From the NCBI GenBank assembly GCA_041485125.1, contig JBGPIT010000001.1, positions 1 to 54,755 on the forward strand: a stretch of 54,755 bases of DNA, read 5' to 3'. This DNA comes from Candidatus Binatia bacterium (GTDB lineage Bacteria > Desulfobacterota > Binatia > UTPRO1). Shown here piece by piece: positions 8,466 to 18,281 of the stretch (position 1 is its first letter; each line of letters begins with the position of its first letter). The notes below the pieces were generated by a model, which was not told where the DNA came from, searched no databases, and was given only the letters and a program-made list of their open reading frames with translations. The translations under genes were made by a program, and so were the position numbers.

Positions 8466-9290
8466 ATGAGTGACACCGCGAGTGAGACCGGACCGGGCAC
8501 GCTAGGACGGGTCCAGGCGCTCTGGCGCTATCCCATCAAGTCCTTCCGCGGCGAGCAGATCGACGAAGCCGACATCACCGCCGCCGGCGTCGCGGGCGAC
8601 CGCGGATACGCGGTGCGCGATCGCGAGACCGGCCGCGTGCTGAGCGCCAAGCGCTGGGCGCGGCTCTTCGAATGCGCCGCACGCTATCCAACCGGTCCCG
8701 ACTCGGCACCCGAGATCACCATGCCCGACGGGACGACGATCCCCGCCGCGGAGGCGGCACCCGCGCTCTCCGCCTGGCTGGGGCGCGAGGTCGACCTCGT
8801 GCGCGCCGAGCCGGGCACGATGAGCCTCTTCGAGATCGCCATCCAGACCGTCGACGAGATCGAGGCCGGCGTCGACCAGCTCGCGATCGACGCCGGCGAC
8901 TACCCGTGCCCGCCCGGCTCGTTCTTCGACGCCGCGCCGCTCCACGTGATGACCACCGCGACGCTCGCTGCCCTGCACGCGCTGTATCCCGGCGGTCGCT
9001 TCGACGTGCGTCGCTTCCGTCCGAACGTCGTCGTCGACACCGGCACCGCAACCGGCTGCATCGAGGAGGGTTGGGTCGGCCGCACGCTCGCCATCGGCGG
9101 GCAGGCACGTGCCCCGGTCCTCATGAGCACCATCCGCTGCGTGATGACCACCTTGCCCCAGGAGGATCTGCCACGCGACCCGAAGATCCTCCGCACGGTG
9201 GCACGGAGCACCTCCGGCAACGCCGGCATCTACGCCGCGGTCGAGCTCCGCGGCCGGGTCCGGGTCGGCGATTCCCTGCGGTTGATCTAG
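8466..9290 (+). CDS. MOSC domain-containing protein
   Basis: RYPIKSFRGE N-terminal beta-barrel motif and C-terminal MOSC-like region with a conserved Cys (IRCVMTT). 274 aa. Confidence 0.75.
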   Translation: MSDTASETGPGTLGRVQALWRYPIKSFRGEQIDEADITAAGVAGDRGYAVRDRETGRVLSAKRWARLFECAARYPTGPDSAPEITMPDGTTIPAAEAAPALSAWLGREVDLVRAEPGTMSLFEIAIQTVDEIEAGVDQLAIDAGDYPCPPGSFFDAAPLHVMTTATLAALHALYPGGRFDVRRFRPNVVVDTGTATGCIEEGWVGRTLAIGGQARAPVLMSTIRCVMTTLPQEDLPRDPKILRTVARSTSGNAGIYAAVELRGRVRVGDSLRLI

Positions 9291-9480
9291 GAGGCTGACC
9301 CTCCTAGCCGCGGGACGCCGCGTACGGCCGGCTCCGCGTGCGTTAATATAATTAATGAAAGAAACACCGGTGGAACGCCCGCGATAAAGCTCGAACACCA
9401 TCGTCTCGGTGACCGTCGCCGCCGCGACGTGACGGGAGCTCATCAGGCGACCGATGCACCGGATGTCGAGGCGATGTAGG

Positions 9481-9565
9481 CGACCTACACGTCGACGCCC
9501 CTCCTGCGATCGTAACGCACTCTCTATGGCCGATCGCAGCGTGCCGACCTACACCACGTCGACGC
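9481..9565. repeat. direct repeat pair flanking a hairpin, upstream of fabF
   Basis: CGACCTACAC-GTCGACGC (9481-9498) recurs as CGACCTACAC-CAC-GTCGACGC (9545-9565). Between them, CTGCGATCG (9504-9512) pairs with CGATCGCAG (9531-9539). Confidence 0.45.
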
Positions 9566-9637
9566 TCCGCCTTAGCGAGCGGCGTTTGGTTTGCGAGATA
9601 TCAAATCGCTTGCCTTAGCGTCTTCGGCTGGGCTACG

Positions 9638-10903
9638 TTGAATTCACCCCTCGGAGAAAGCGCCTTCGGCTTGCGACGTGTCTTCATTACAGGTCTCGGT
9701 TGCGTCACCCCCTTCGGTGTGGGTGCTGAGAGACTCTGGTCGTCGGTAACGGCCGGCGACTCCGCCGTCCGACCCGTGTCGTCGTTCGACGTGAGTGGGT
9801 GCGCCAGCCAAGTGGCCGGCGAGGTTCTCGACTTCAACGCAGAAGACTTTCTCACCCGTCGCGAAATTCCGGCATTCGGGCGGTTCGCGCACTTCGGAGT
9901 CGCCGCCGCGCGTATGGCGTGGGAGGACGCAGGTTCGCCCTCGTCATTGGATCGCGATCGTGTCGGCGTGTGCATCGGCAGTGCCGTGGGTGCGATCGGT
10001 CGCGCGGTCAATGACGGGCTCATCTTTGCGGAGAAGGGACTCAGTCGGGTCCATCCGCTGTTCTCGCTGCAGTACCCAGGGACACTCTCTTCGGAGGTCG
10101 CGATTGCACTCGGCCTCCGTGGGGCAGCGTACGCGATTGCCACGGCCTGCACCGCGGGCGCTGACGCGATCGGTCTCGCTCTCGACCAGATCCGCGCCGG
10201 CTCCCTGGACGCGGCACTCGTCGGCGGAAGCGACGCGCCGATCTTCCCTCTGCTCTTTGCGTCGTTCGATCGTGTCGGCGCGCTCTCGAAGCTCAATGAT
10301 CCAGCCGATCGTGCGTCCCGACCGTTCTCGCGCGACCGCAGCGGCTTCGTGCTCTCGGAAGGCGCCGGCATTCTGCTGTTGGAGGCGGAAGACGTCGCGC
10401 GCGAGCGTGGTGCGAAGCTCTACGCGGAGTTGGCCGGATTCGGCGCGACGTGTGACGCCTTCCATCACATGGCGCCCGCGACAGAAGGGGAGCAGGGCGC
10501 GCGCGCGATCGTGCTCGCCTTGAAGCACGCAGGCCTGACGGCGGCGGACATCGACTACATCAACGCCCACGGGACGAGCACACCGAAGAACGACGTGGCC
10601 GAGACACGGATCTTCAAACAGGTCTTCGGCGAGCGCGCGTATGACATTCCCGTCAGCTCCTCCAAGTCGATGCTCGGCCACCTGATTGGCGCTTCCGGAG
10701 CAGTCGAGCTGATCATCTCCGCGCTCGCGCTCCGGGACGGAATCATTCCGCCCACGATCAACCTGACCGAGCCCGACCCCGAGTGCGATCTCGATTACGT
10801 CACCGAAGGCGCCCGGACCCAGCCGATCCGGACGGTGCTTTCGACATCGTTCGGTTTCGGGTCACGGAATGCGGCCCTCGTCGTCCGCAGCATCAGCCAC
10901 TGA
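9638..10903 (+). CDS. fabF: beta-ketoacyl-ACP synthase II
   Basis: Active-site Cys in ATACTAG, with His residues in DAFHH and NAHGTST and GFGSRNAAL near the C-terminus. The start is TTG 9638 or TTG 9671 (giving MRRVFITGLG). Confidence 0.9.
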   Translation: MNSPLGESAFGLRRVFITGLGCVTPFGVGAERLWSSVTAGDSAVRPVSSFDVSGCASQVAGEVLDFNAEDFLTRREIPAFGRFAHFGVAAARMAWEDAGSPSSLDRDRVGVCIGSAVGAIGRAVNDGLIFAEKGLSRVHPLFSLQYPGTLSSEVAIALGLRGAAYAIATACTAGADAIGLALDQIRAGSLDAALVGGSDAPIFPLLFASFDRVGALSKLNDPADRASRPFSRDRSGFVLSEGAGILLLEAEDVARERGAKLYAELAGFGATCDAFHHMAPATEGEQGARAIVLALKHAGLTAADIDYINAHGTSTPKNDVAETRIFKQVFGERAYDIPVSSSKSMLGHLIGASGAVELIISALALRDGIIPPTINLTEPDPECDLDYVTEGARTQPIRTVLSTSFGFGSRNAALVVRSISH

Positions 10904-10911
10904 GGAGAACG

Positions 10912-11178
10912 ATGGACAACAACGCGCGAGCGCGTGTCGCCGAGATCATCGCGTGCGAGCTGCAGCTCCCCCTCGAAAAAGTCCGCGGCGGCGTGTCCCT
11001 CCGAAAAGACCTGGGGATGGATTCCGTGGCGGCGCTCAACATCGTCTTTGCGGCGGAAGAGGCGTTCGGCATCCGCATTCCCGAGACGGAGCTGGAGACG
11101 GCGGACGACCTCGATGCGATCCTGGCGCTCGTCGAGCGCCACGGAAATGGCCGCTCTTCCGCGGCAGCATCCGCGTAG
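10912..11178 (+). CDS. acyl carrier protein
   Basis: 88 aa. LGMDSVAALNIV carries the phosphopantetheine Ser motif. GGAG lies 6 nt upstream of the ATG, immediately after the fabF stop. Confidence 0.85.
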   Translation: MDNNARARVAEIIACELQLPLEKVRGGVSLRKDLGMDSVAALNIVFAAEEAFGIRIPETELETADDLDAILALVERHGNGRSSAAASA

Positions 11179-11260
11179 TCACGCCTCGCGCGTCACCCAG
11201 CGAGTCTTCCACGCGAGCCCGACGGGTCTCGCGTCGGTGTCGCCATTTTCCCCGTAGCGG

Positions 11261-12043
11261 GTGTGTCACTGCTCGATTAGTATGCTCCCAGGGTCGGTTG
11301 GGGTGAGCAGCGCGCATCGGTGGGCGTCCGTCTTGACGCCGTTGCTGGTTGCGTATCTACGCCGCATGGCCGAGAGGGCGCCTCTGTCGGTGATCGCTGC
11401 CGTCCCAGAGCTCGACGGTGGTCAATCGTGTGATCGGTTTTCAGATCGTCTCTTGAAGGATGCAGCGAACGGACACGTCATCGTGCCGTTTTGGAGCGCT
11501 CATCAACTTACGATCGCATTGCTTGCGGGGTCACGATCAGGGTTACGGCCGGCGCTCGCGCGTTTCGAGGTCGTCGCAGATAACTCGTTCGGCGGAGAGA
11601 TCATGCGCGGTATCGGTGAGGGCTTCGACTTGAAGATGCGGCCCATCCATACCCGCGGCAATCCGAAACGCCTCGAAGACGTCGGCGCGTGGATGCGCAA
11701 TCCCGCGCCGTTCTTCATCGCCGTCGACGGCGGCGCCCACTACGGCACGGTGCCGACCGGCATCATCCGCATGGCTGCGCGGCTCGGGTCAGTCCTCTGG
11801 CCGCTTGCGGTGCGCGTACGCCCGGTGATGCACGTCCCCGGTCTGATCGCCGATATTCCGCTCCCCGGTTGCCATACGGCCTTGGCGATCGCGGAGCCGC
11901 TCCGAGTGGAGCGCACGCTCCCCGTCGCCACCGGTGCCGCGATATTGAAAGAACGCCTGGACGCCGCCTCGCAAGCGGGCGCTGCCGAGTTGAGGCGCAC
12001 CAGGATTGCGCTGCCCACAACACATGATCCCCACCATGGCTGA
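11261..12043 (+). CDS. DUF374-like lysophospholipid acyltransferase superfamily protein
   Basis: FWSAHQL...SFGGEIM...FFIAVDGGAHYGTVPTGIIRMAARLGSVLWPLAV parallels the DUF374 pattern (WH..., DG-like core, GiialA..G.pi.Pv) as I remember it. Start codon uncertain. Confidence 0.55.
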   Translation: MCHCSISMLPGSVGVSSAHRWASVLTPLLVAYLRRMAERAPLSVIAAVPELDGGQSCDRFSDRLLKDAANGHVIVPFWSAHQLTIALLAGSRSGLRPALARFEVVADNSFGGEIMRGIGEGFDLKMRPIHTRGNPKRLEDVGAWMRNPAPFFIAVDGGAHYGTVPTGIIRMAARLGSVLWPLAVRVRPVMHVPGLIADIPLPGCHTALAIAEPLRVERTLPVATGAAILKERLDAASQAGAAELRRTRIALPTTHDPHHG

Positions 12044-13418
12044 TGCGACACCGGTAGCGTCGATCGACGGTATCGAGGCGCGCCGCCGATCCTACGTCGA
12101 CGGTCTCTTTTTCCGGGTCGTCGCCTGCATGTTTCTCGAGGTGGTCGTGCTCGCGACGGCCCTTCCGTCGGGATTGCCGCTCTCGAGCTTCTGGCCCGCG
12201 ATGGCCGTGGTCGCCTTCGTCGCCGCGCTCGACGGTCCCTACTGGTACATCGGCAGGTCTCGCGGCTTTCCGATGGGACACTTCTACGTGCATTGGTGCA
12301 TCGATCTCGTCGGCATCTCGTGCCTGATCTACTTTCTCGGCGGATTGGACGTTCCGTACGGGCCTTTCATCTACTCGATGATCGTCATCACCTCCGCAAC
12401 CTTCATGTCCCGCAACGGGTCCTATCTGATCGCCGGCGCGGCCGCGTTGTGCTTGACCGTGATGGCGGTGGGGACGCGCCTCGAGCTCTTCCCACCGCCG
12501 GTGTCGATCTGGAGCCACCATTTCTCGCGCACCGGCGAGATCACCGTCGTGATCGGCGCGATCATCTTCTTCTTCATGAACGGGTACCTCGCCGGCACCC
12601 TGTCGGATCAGCTGAAGGTCGCGAAGGAGCAGATCGAGGATCAGAACCGTTTCCTCGAGCAGCGTGTCCGCGAAAGAACACAGCTTCTCGAGGCGCGATC
12701 CCTCCAGCTGCAGGAACGCACGGACGAGTTACAGGAGCTGGTGCACATCGTGACGCATGACCTGCAAAACGTCGCTGTCGCGAGCACCGAAACCACCCGC
12801 AAGCTGATCGAGACCGACGGCGAGCACCTTTCCGAGCGCGGTAATCGCTACGCGGACCGGCTGCTGCGCGACTGTCGTCTGATGGCGACGATGCTGCGCA
12901 ACTTGCTCGAGGTGGTGAACCAGACGGAGATCGCCGAACGTCGTGAGCTCGTCGACGTCGCCGCGGTCGTACGCGAAGCGGTAGCCCGCGCGCAGACGGC
13001 GGTCGAGAGCAAAGGCATCGAGGTCGAGATCGGCGAGCTGCCTCCGGTCGTCGCCGAGCACCAGAAGATCCACCACGTATTCGAAAACCTGCTCACCAAC
13101 GCGTGCAAATACGTCGGTGACAAAGCCGAGCCGCGCATCGAGGTCGGCGGATCCGTACAGAACGGCACCGTGGAATATTTCGTGCGCGACAACGGGGTCG
13201 GCATCGAGCCGAGCCAGCTCGGGCGCATTTTCACGCTCTATCACCGCGCTCCCGAGCAGATGGTCGGTGGCGTGGTACAACAAGGACATGGCATCGGGCT
13301 CGCCGTCGCGAAGCGCATCGTGCAGCGATACGGCGGACGGCTCTGGGTGGAGTCGGTTCATGGCGAGGGCTCGACCTTTCGGGTGAGCTTTCCACGCGAA
13401 GAGAGGATGGTCTCATGA
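12006..13418 (+). CDS. membrane-bound sensor histidine kinase
   Basis: About 6 predicted TM helices and a coiled coil, then H-box VTHDLQN, N-box ENLLTNACKY, G1 VRDNGVGI and G2 GHGIGLAV. An alternative ATG at 12036 overlaps the upstream stop by 8 nt. Confidence 0.85.
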   Translation: MRCPQHMIPTMADATPVASIDGIEARRRSYVDGLFFRVVACMFLEVVVLATALPSGLPLSSFWPAMAVVAFVAALDGPYWYIGRSRGFPMGHFYVHWCIDLVGISCLIYFLGGLDVPYGPFIYSMIVITSATFMSRNGSYLIAGAAALCLTVMAVGTRLELFPPPVSIWSHHFSRTGEITVVIGAIIFFFMNGYLAGTLSDQLKVAKEQIEDQNRFLEQRVRERTQLLEARSLQLQERTDELQELVHIVTHDLQNVAVASTETTRKLIETDGEHLSERGNRYADRLLRDCRLMATMLRNLLEVVNQTEIAERRELVDVAAVVREAVARAQTAVESKGIEVEIGELPPVVAEHQKIHHVFENLLTNACKYVGDKAEPRIEVGGSVQNGTVEYFVRDNGVGIEPSQLGRIFTLYHRAPEQMVGGVVQQGHGIGLAVAKRIVQRYGGRLWVESVHGEGSTFRVSFPREERMVS

Positions 13419-14542
13419 AGAAGGCGGCGCTCGTGGTCGAGGACAACACGTCGCACGCAGAGCTCGTCTGCGACGAGCTCGAGACGGTCTTGCAGGGATG
13501 GACGCTCGACATCGCGCCGACGCTCGCCGAGGCGCGCAGACGGATGTCGGCACGCCGGTACGATCTCCTGGTCTTCGATTTTCGGCTGCCCGACGGCGAC
13601 GGCATCGAGCTGCTGCGCGAAATCCGCGCTGCCGGCGTCGACTCGCCGACCATCTTCGTCACCACCGCCTCATCCGCGAAGCTCGCGGTCGAGGCGATGA
13701 AGCTCGGCGCGGACGATTACCTCGTCAAGGAGGAAGGGTATCTGGCGATTCTGCCGTATCTGGTCCAGGAGGTGCTGGGCCGACGGCGCCTCGCCGAAGA
13801 GCATCGCGTGCTCGAGGAACGCCTGCAGCGCGCGGAGCGCGCCGCCACCCTGGGCTACCTCGCCTCCGGACTGGCACACCACATCAACAACCCGCTCGCC
13901 ACCATACGGACGTTTCTCCAGCTCTTGCCGACGCACATGAACGATCCGGAGTTTCGCACCACCTATCTCGAGACCGCGCTCGCCGAGAGCGAACGCATCC
14001 GCGACCTCGTCAAGGACATCATGCGCGCCGCCACGGTGCCCGTGGAAGGCCACGAGGTTCAGCATCTCGATGAGATCCTGTCGCGCGCCGAGGAGGGTGT
14101 CGCGAGCACACTGAAGGCGAAGGGACTCATCTATCGGAAGGACCTGCCGCAGAGCGCGCCGGCCGTGCGCGTGCACGGTGAAGCCGCGACCTGCCTTTTC
14201 CTCACGCTCCTCCAGAACGCCGTGCGGTTCTCGCCGGAGGGCGCCGAAGTCGAGGTCCGAGCGAGCGTGGACGAGGCGGCCGGACGATTGGTGACCGTGG
14301 TGCGGGACCATGGGCCGGGCATCCCCCCGGAGCACCGCGAGAAGATCTTCGAGCCGTTTTTCACGACGGCCGTCGACGGCCTCGGCATGGGTCTCTTCGT
14401 CGCGTCGCGGATCGCCGATCTCCAGGACATCGAGCTGAGCTTCGAGAACGTCGAGCCGAGCGGCGCCGCGTTCCGCGTGGGCCTGCCGTTGGCGCGCCCG
14501 GCAGCGGGCGTTCAGCTCGCCGGCGGCGCCGCCGAGCTCTGA
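13415..14542 (+). CDS. response-regulator receiver fused to a histidine kinase (REC-HisKA-HATPase)
   Basis: REC (VVEDN...[13 protein letters not shown]...VKE), H-box [10 protein letters not shown]-box [10 protein letters not shown]1 VRDHGPGI, G2 GLGMGL. The start overlaps the upstream stop (ATGA). Confidence 0.85.
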   Translation: MKKAALVVEDNTSHAELVCDELETVLQGWTLDIAPTLAEARRRMSARRYDLLVFDFRLPDGDGIELLREIRAAGVDSPTIFVTTASSAKLAVEAMKLGADDYLVKEEGYLAILPYLVQEVLGRRRLAEEHRVLEERLQRAERAATLGYLASGLAHHINNPLATIRTFLQLLPTHMNDPEFRTTYLETALAESERIRDLVKDIMRAATVPVEGHEVQHLDEILSRAEEGVASTLKAKGLIYRKDLPQSAPAVRVHGEAATCLFLTLLQNAVRFSPEGAEVEVRASVDEAAGRLVTVVRDHGPGIPPEHREKIFEPFFTTAVDGLGMGLFVASRIADLQDIELSFENVEPSGAAFRVGLPLARPAAGVQLAGGAAEL

Positions 14543-14551
14543 GCGCGCGTC

Positions 14552-16975
14552 TCAGCCGACCGAGCGCAGCGGCTCCGGCGCTTTGCGCGTGGCCGGTTGC
14601 GACAGAAAAGCCGGGTCGATCATCAGGAGCAGTGCCGGTAGCAGCGTGATCGCGGCGAGGCTCGACACCACCATCGCGAGCGCGACCATCGTGCCGAGCT
14701 CGACGTGGAACACGAAGCCGGACGCGCACAGGACCAGGTAGCCTCCGGCGATCGCCGACGAGACGTACACGATCGCCTTCCCCGACGTCCGCAACGTCCG
14801 TTCGAGTGCGACCCGGCGCGAGCGCTCGACCGCCAGCTCCTCGCGGAATCTGAACAGGAAGTAGATCGCGTAGTCGGCGCCGATCCCGACGGCCATCGCC
14901 GCGATCGGTGACGTCATGACGTCGAGCGGAATGCCGAAGAATCCCATCATACCGAGGTTGGTCAACACCGCCATCGCGAGCGGCGCCGCGATGAGGAGTC
15001 CGGCGACGAACGAGCGCATGACCAAGCCCGCCACGACGATGATGATCGCGGCGATCTGCATCATGTTGAGAATCTTGCCGTGCACCATGACCTCGGTGAG
15101 GGCGGCGTTCGAGGCGAGCGTTCCGGAGTAACGCACGGTCAGCTGCGGGGGAAACGTCTGTGCGACGTGGTCGCGTACGCGCGCGATCAACGCCTCGCCG
15201 TACTCGGTCGAGTCGTTGTGGAGGAAGACGCGCACCGCCGCGCTGCGGTGCTCCGGGTCGATCTGGCTGTCGAGATCCTCGGGACCGCCCGACATCGAGT
15301 AGAGGAACAGGTACTGGCTGACGAGATCGGGCGAGTCCGGCAGGGCGGCGGCCTCGGCGGCGCCGCCGTGCAGCGCGCGGTGCATCTCCTGCAGGTAGTC
15401 GACGATCGAGAGGGTCTTGCCGACGGCGGGATCCTGCTCGACGAAGCGCTGCAGCTCGGCAATGGCACCGAGGGAGGCGGGATCATGCAGCGCCCCTTCG
15501 GCCGCTCCCTCGACGAGAAAGATCAACGTGTTCGTACCAGCCAGCGCGCGGTTCAAGCGCTCGTCGGAGATGCGGACCGGATGCGTGGGACCGAACTGGC
15601 GCTTGAAGCTGGTATCGACCTTGAGGCGCATCGCGCCGATCGTCACCGTCGCGGCGAGGAGCAAGGTCACACCGACGATGGTCGCGGGCCGAGAGACGAT
15701 TACGCCGGCCAGGCGGCCGAGCATGCCGTCGAGGAAGCGTCCACCCGCGGCTTCGCGCGCCATTTCGGTGGCACGTGGCGCCGGAAGCATCGCGCGCAGC
15801 GCGGGGATCAACGTCAGCTCGATCACGAGGGTGGAGAGGATGCCGAAGCCGGTGAGTAGGCCGAAGTTCCGCATCGTCGCGGTGGCGAAGACGGTGAGCG
15901 AGAAGAAAGACAGCGCCGCGATCGCACCTGCCGTGACCATCACCGGTCCGACCCGCAGGAGCGCCGTGCGAACGGCGTCCAACTGGTCATGCGAGCGGTC
16001 GTACTCCTCGTAGTACCGTTTCAATATTTGCACCGCGTGACCGGCGCCGACGGCGAGAATGAGGATCGGCGTCGTGGTGTTGAAGGGATCGAGCGGCACG
16101 CGGAGGAGTCCCATGAACCCGAGGCTCCACACGACCGCAAGGAGCGCGGTCAGGAGGGGCAGGAACATGCCCTGGAGGGTGCGGAACGCCTCGTAGTGGA
16201 TGATCGCGATGACCAGCATCGCGAACGGCAGCAAGGTCACCGTGCGCTCGGTCACGTGCGCGAGGCCGGTCGTCACCGCGACCGGGCCGGCGTACGCAAC
16301 GGTGAAGCTGCCGTCGTTCTCTTCCGCGATGAGCTTGTCGACGTGCTCCTGGATGTCGGGATAGCCCGGTAGCTCCGGCGTGAGACGGAAGTTGGCGATG
16401 ATCGCGGCGGCGGAGCCGTCCTTCGCGACGACCATGCCCGACCAGAACGGGTTCGCGAAGAGTCGTCGCCGCACCTCGGCCGCGTCGGCCGCCGACGTGG
16501 GCGTTCCGTCGAGCACCGGTCGGACGAGGAGCGTGTCGTCCTCACCTTCGATCGCCTTCACCAGCGGCGAGGCGATGCTGAGATACGTCGAACGGATGAG
16601 GCCGGGCGCGTCGCCGATCCGGCGCGTGATGCGCTGCACCTTGGCGAGAAATGCCGGCGTGAGGGCATCGCCGTCGTTGGGGAAGAGACCGATCAGGATC
16701 AGGTTCTTCTCACCAAAGCGATGCTCGAGCGTCTGCAGAGCCTGGATGTAGGGGTGATCCTGCGGCAGGTTCGCATCCGGGTCGATCTCGACGCGCAGAG
16801 CGGGGAGCCGCGTCCCCCAGAAGACCGTCACGGCAATGAGTGCAATCACCACCGCGCGACGATGCGTGAGGATGAACTCGACGTAGCGTGCGAACCTCGA
16901 CGGGGGCGGGGGCATTCGCGCGTTATGCGCGTAGGCTCTCGTGACCGTCAAGGTAATTTGCTCCGCGAACCGCAA
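14552..16975 (-). CDS. MMPL/RND-superfamily transporter (HpnN-like lipid exporter architecture)
   Basis: 807-aa ORF with two blocks of ~6 TM helices, each following a large soluble loop. It contains the MMPL-type GAGHAVQIL and GIGADYAIYF motifs. The more likely start is M21 (MPPPPSRF) at 16915. Confidence 0.8.
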   Translation of the reverse strand: MRFAEQITLTVTRAYAHNARMPPPPSRFARYVEFILTHRRAVVIALIAVTVFWGTRLPALRVEIDPDANLPQDHPYIQALQTLEHRFGEKNLILIGLFPNDGDALTPAFLAKVQRITRRIGDAPGLIRSTYLSIASPLVKAIEGEDDTLLVRPVLDGTPTSAADAAEVRRRLFANPFWSGMVVAKDGSAAAIIANFRLTPELPGYPDIQEHVDKLIAEENDGSFTVAYAGPVAVTTGLAHVTERTVTLLPFAMLVIAIIHYEAFRTLQGMFLPLLTALLAVVWSLGFMGLLRVPLDPFNTTTPILILAVGAGHAVQILKRYYEEYDRSHDQLDAVRTALLRVGPVMVTAGAIAALSFFSLTVFATATMRNFGLLTGFGILSTLVIELTLIPALRAMLPAPRATEMAREAAGGRFLDGMLGRLAGVIVSRPATIVGVTLLLAATVTIGAMRLKVDTSFKRQFGPTHPVRISDERLNRALAGTNTLIFLVEGAAEGALHDPASLGAIAELQRFVEQDPAVGKTLSIVDYLQEMHRALHGGAAEAAALPDSPDLVSQYLFLYSMSGGPEDLDSQIDPEHRSAAVRVFLHNDSTEYGEALIARVRDHVAQTFPPQLTVRYSGTLASNAALTEVMVHGKILNMMQIAAIIIVVAGLVMRSFVAGLLIAAPLAMAVLTNLGMMGFFGIPLDVMTSPIAAMAVGIGADYAIYFLFRFREELAVERSRRVALERTLRTSGKAIVYVSSAIAGGYLVLCASGFVFHVELGTMVALAMVVSSLAAITLLPALLLMIDPAFLSQPATRKAPEPLRSVG

Positions 16976-16998
16976 CGACCGGACCGTCGCGTGTTGCG

Positions 16999-17670
16999 TT
17001 GACCGAACCGCATGCTCGCGCTACTGCGAACGCCATAGTGCACGCAATCACCGGCGTCTCTTTCCGTGAACGTCTCAGCGGTCCGATCGGTCTCGCAGTC
17101 GACACGCCGCGTGTGGGTGCGGAGCGCGGCCGCACGACCGGCACGTGCCTGGTCGCTGATTTGGAGATCGTCCTCCAGCACCTGGACATCGAGGGCGGCG
17201 GCAACGGCGGGCAGCACGCGCGCGTGTGCGGAACGATCCGCATCTCCGACCTGGCGACGGTTCCCGCGGCCGTCGAAGGAAGTGTGCTGCTCTACGCCTC
17301 CGATCCCACCGTCGGGATGAAGCGGATCCATTACGACGTGCGGTTCCGCGGCGACGACGACGGCCTGTACCGTCTGCAGGCGACGAAGTTCATCCGCCCG
17401 GGTCGCGGCGCCTGGCGGGAGCACGTCACCGCGTACGCGCGCGTGATCGCGGAGGGTGCGGAAGCGACGGCATTCCCGGACGTGGCCGATCCCCACCCGT
17501 CGCCGTCCCGTACGGTGGCGGCGGGGATTCTCACCACCCGGGCACGGGACGTCGTCGCACTCCTTCGTTCGGTGCGGGCGGCAGGGCTGTCCCGAGCCGC
17601 AGCCGCGAGGTGTCTGCTCGCGTTGGTGCGTCGAGAGGGTGCGACGCCGACGGCGCTCTTGGCGACATGA
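16999..17670 (+). CDS. hypothetical protein
   Basis: 223-aa ORF with protein-like composition through residue ~150. No motif confidently recognised. Divergent from the MMPL gene. Confidence 0.4.
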   Translation: MTEPHARATANAIVHAITGVSFRERLSGPIGLAVDTPRVGAERGRTTGTCLVADLEIVLQHLDIEGGGNGGQHARVCGTIRISDLATVPAAVEGSVLLYASDPTVGMKRIHYDVRFRGDDDGLYRLQATKFIRPGRGAWREHVTAYARVIAEGAEATAFPDVADPHPSPSRTVAAGILTTRARDVVALLRSVRAAGLSRAAAARCLLALVRREGATPTALLAT

Positions 17671-17677
17671 CGGCGCG

Positions 17678-18148
17678 ATGAGTCGCGCGAGGAGGACGAC
17701 GATGACGCTCTGGCTGATGGTCGCTGCGTCGCTCACGGTTTTGGCGGCGTCGATCGCGACGGCGGGATTCGCCCCGGACGTCGCGGCGGCGCTGCGAACC
17801 TCGAAGGAGATCTACGTCGCCACGCGGCGCACGGACGGCAGCACCAGCAAGGTCGTGCCGGTGTGGTTCATGTACGACGGCGACGCGGTCTACTTCGCGA
17901 CCGGGCCGACGAGCCACAAGGCGAAGCGGATCAAGAAGGGGAGCCCGTTGCTCGTGTGGGTCGGCCGGCCCGACGGCCCGCACTTCGTCGGCAAGGCCGA
18001 GCTCTCGAAAGACCCGGAGCTCGCCGCGCGCATGGCGCCGGTCTACAGCCAGAAGTACTGGATCGCGTGGCTCGGCCTCTTCCGTCCGAATCCCGATCGG
18101 GTACGATCCGGCAAGACGGTTCTGGTCAAGATCTCGCCGCCTTCTTGA
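17678..18148 (+). CDS. secreted pyridoxamine-5'-phosphate-oxidase-like (split-barrel) protein
   Basis: Signal-like MTLWLMVAASLTVLAASIATA, then IYVATRRTDGSTSKVVPVWFMYDGDAVYF, typical of the PNPOx-like fold. Uses the ATG at 17678 within ORF 17456..18148. Confidence 0.5.
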   Translation: MSRARRTTMTLWLMVAASLTVLAASIATAGFAPDVAAALRTSKEIYVATRRTDGSTSKVVPVWFMYDGDAVYFATGPTSHKAKRIKKGSPLLVWVGRPDGPHFVGKAELSKDPELAARMAPVYSQKYWIAWLGLFRPNPDRVRSGKTVLVKISPPS

Positions 18149-18281
18149 CCGCGCCGCACTTTGATCGGCGCTAGTCTGCGTCGCAGGCGCGGCGAGGTCC
18201 TGCGCGCGCACGCTGTCGGACGTCGACGGCGTTCCGAAATGGTTTCTTGTCGCGCCGGGCGGACGCCGACATACTGAGCCG

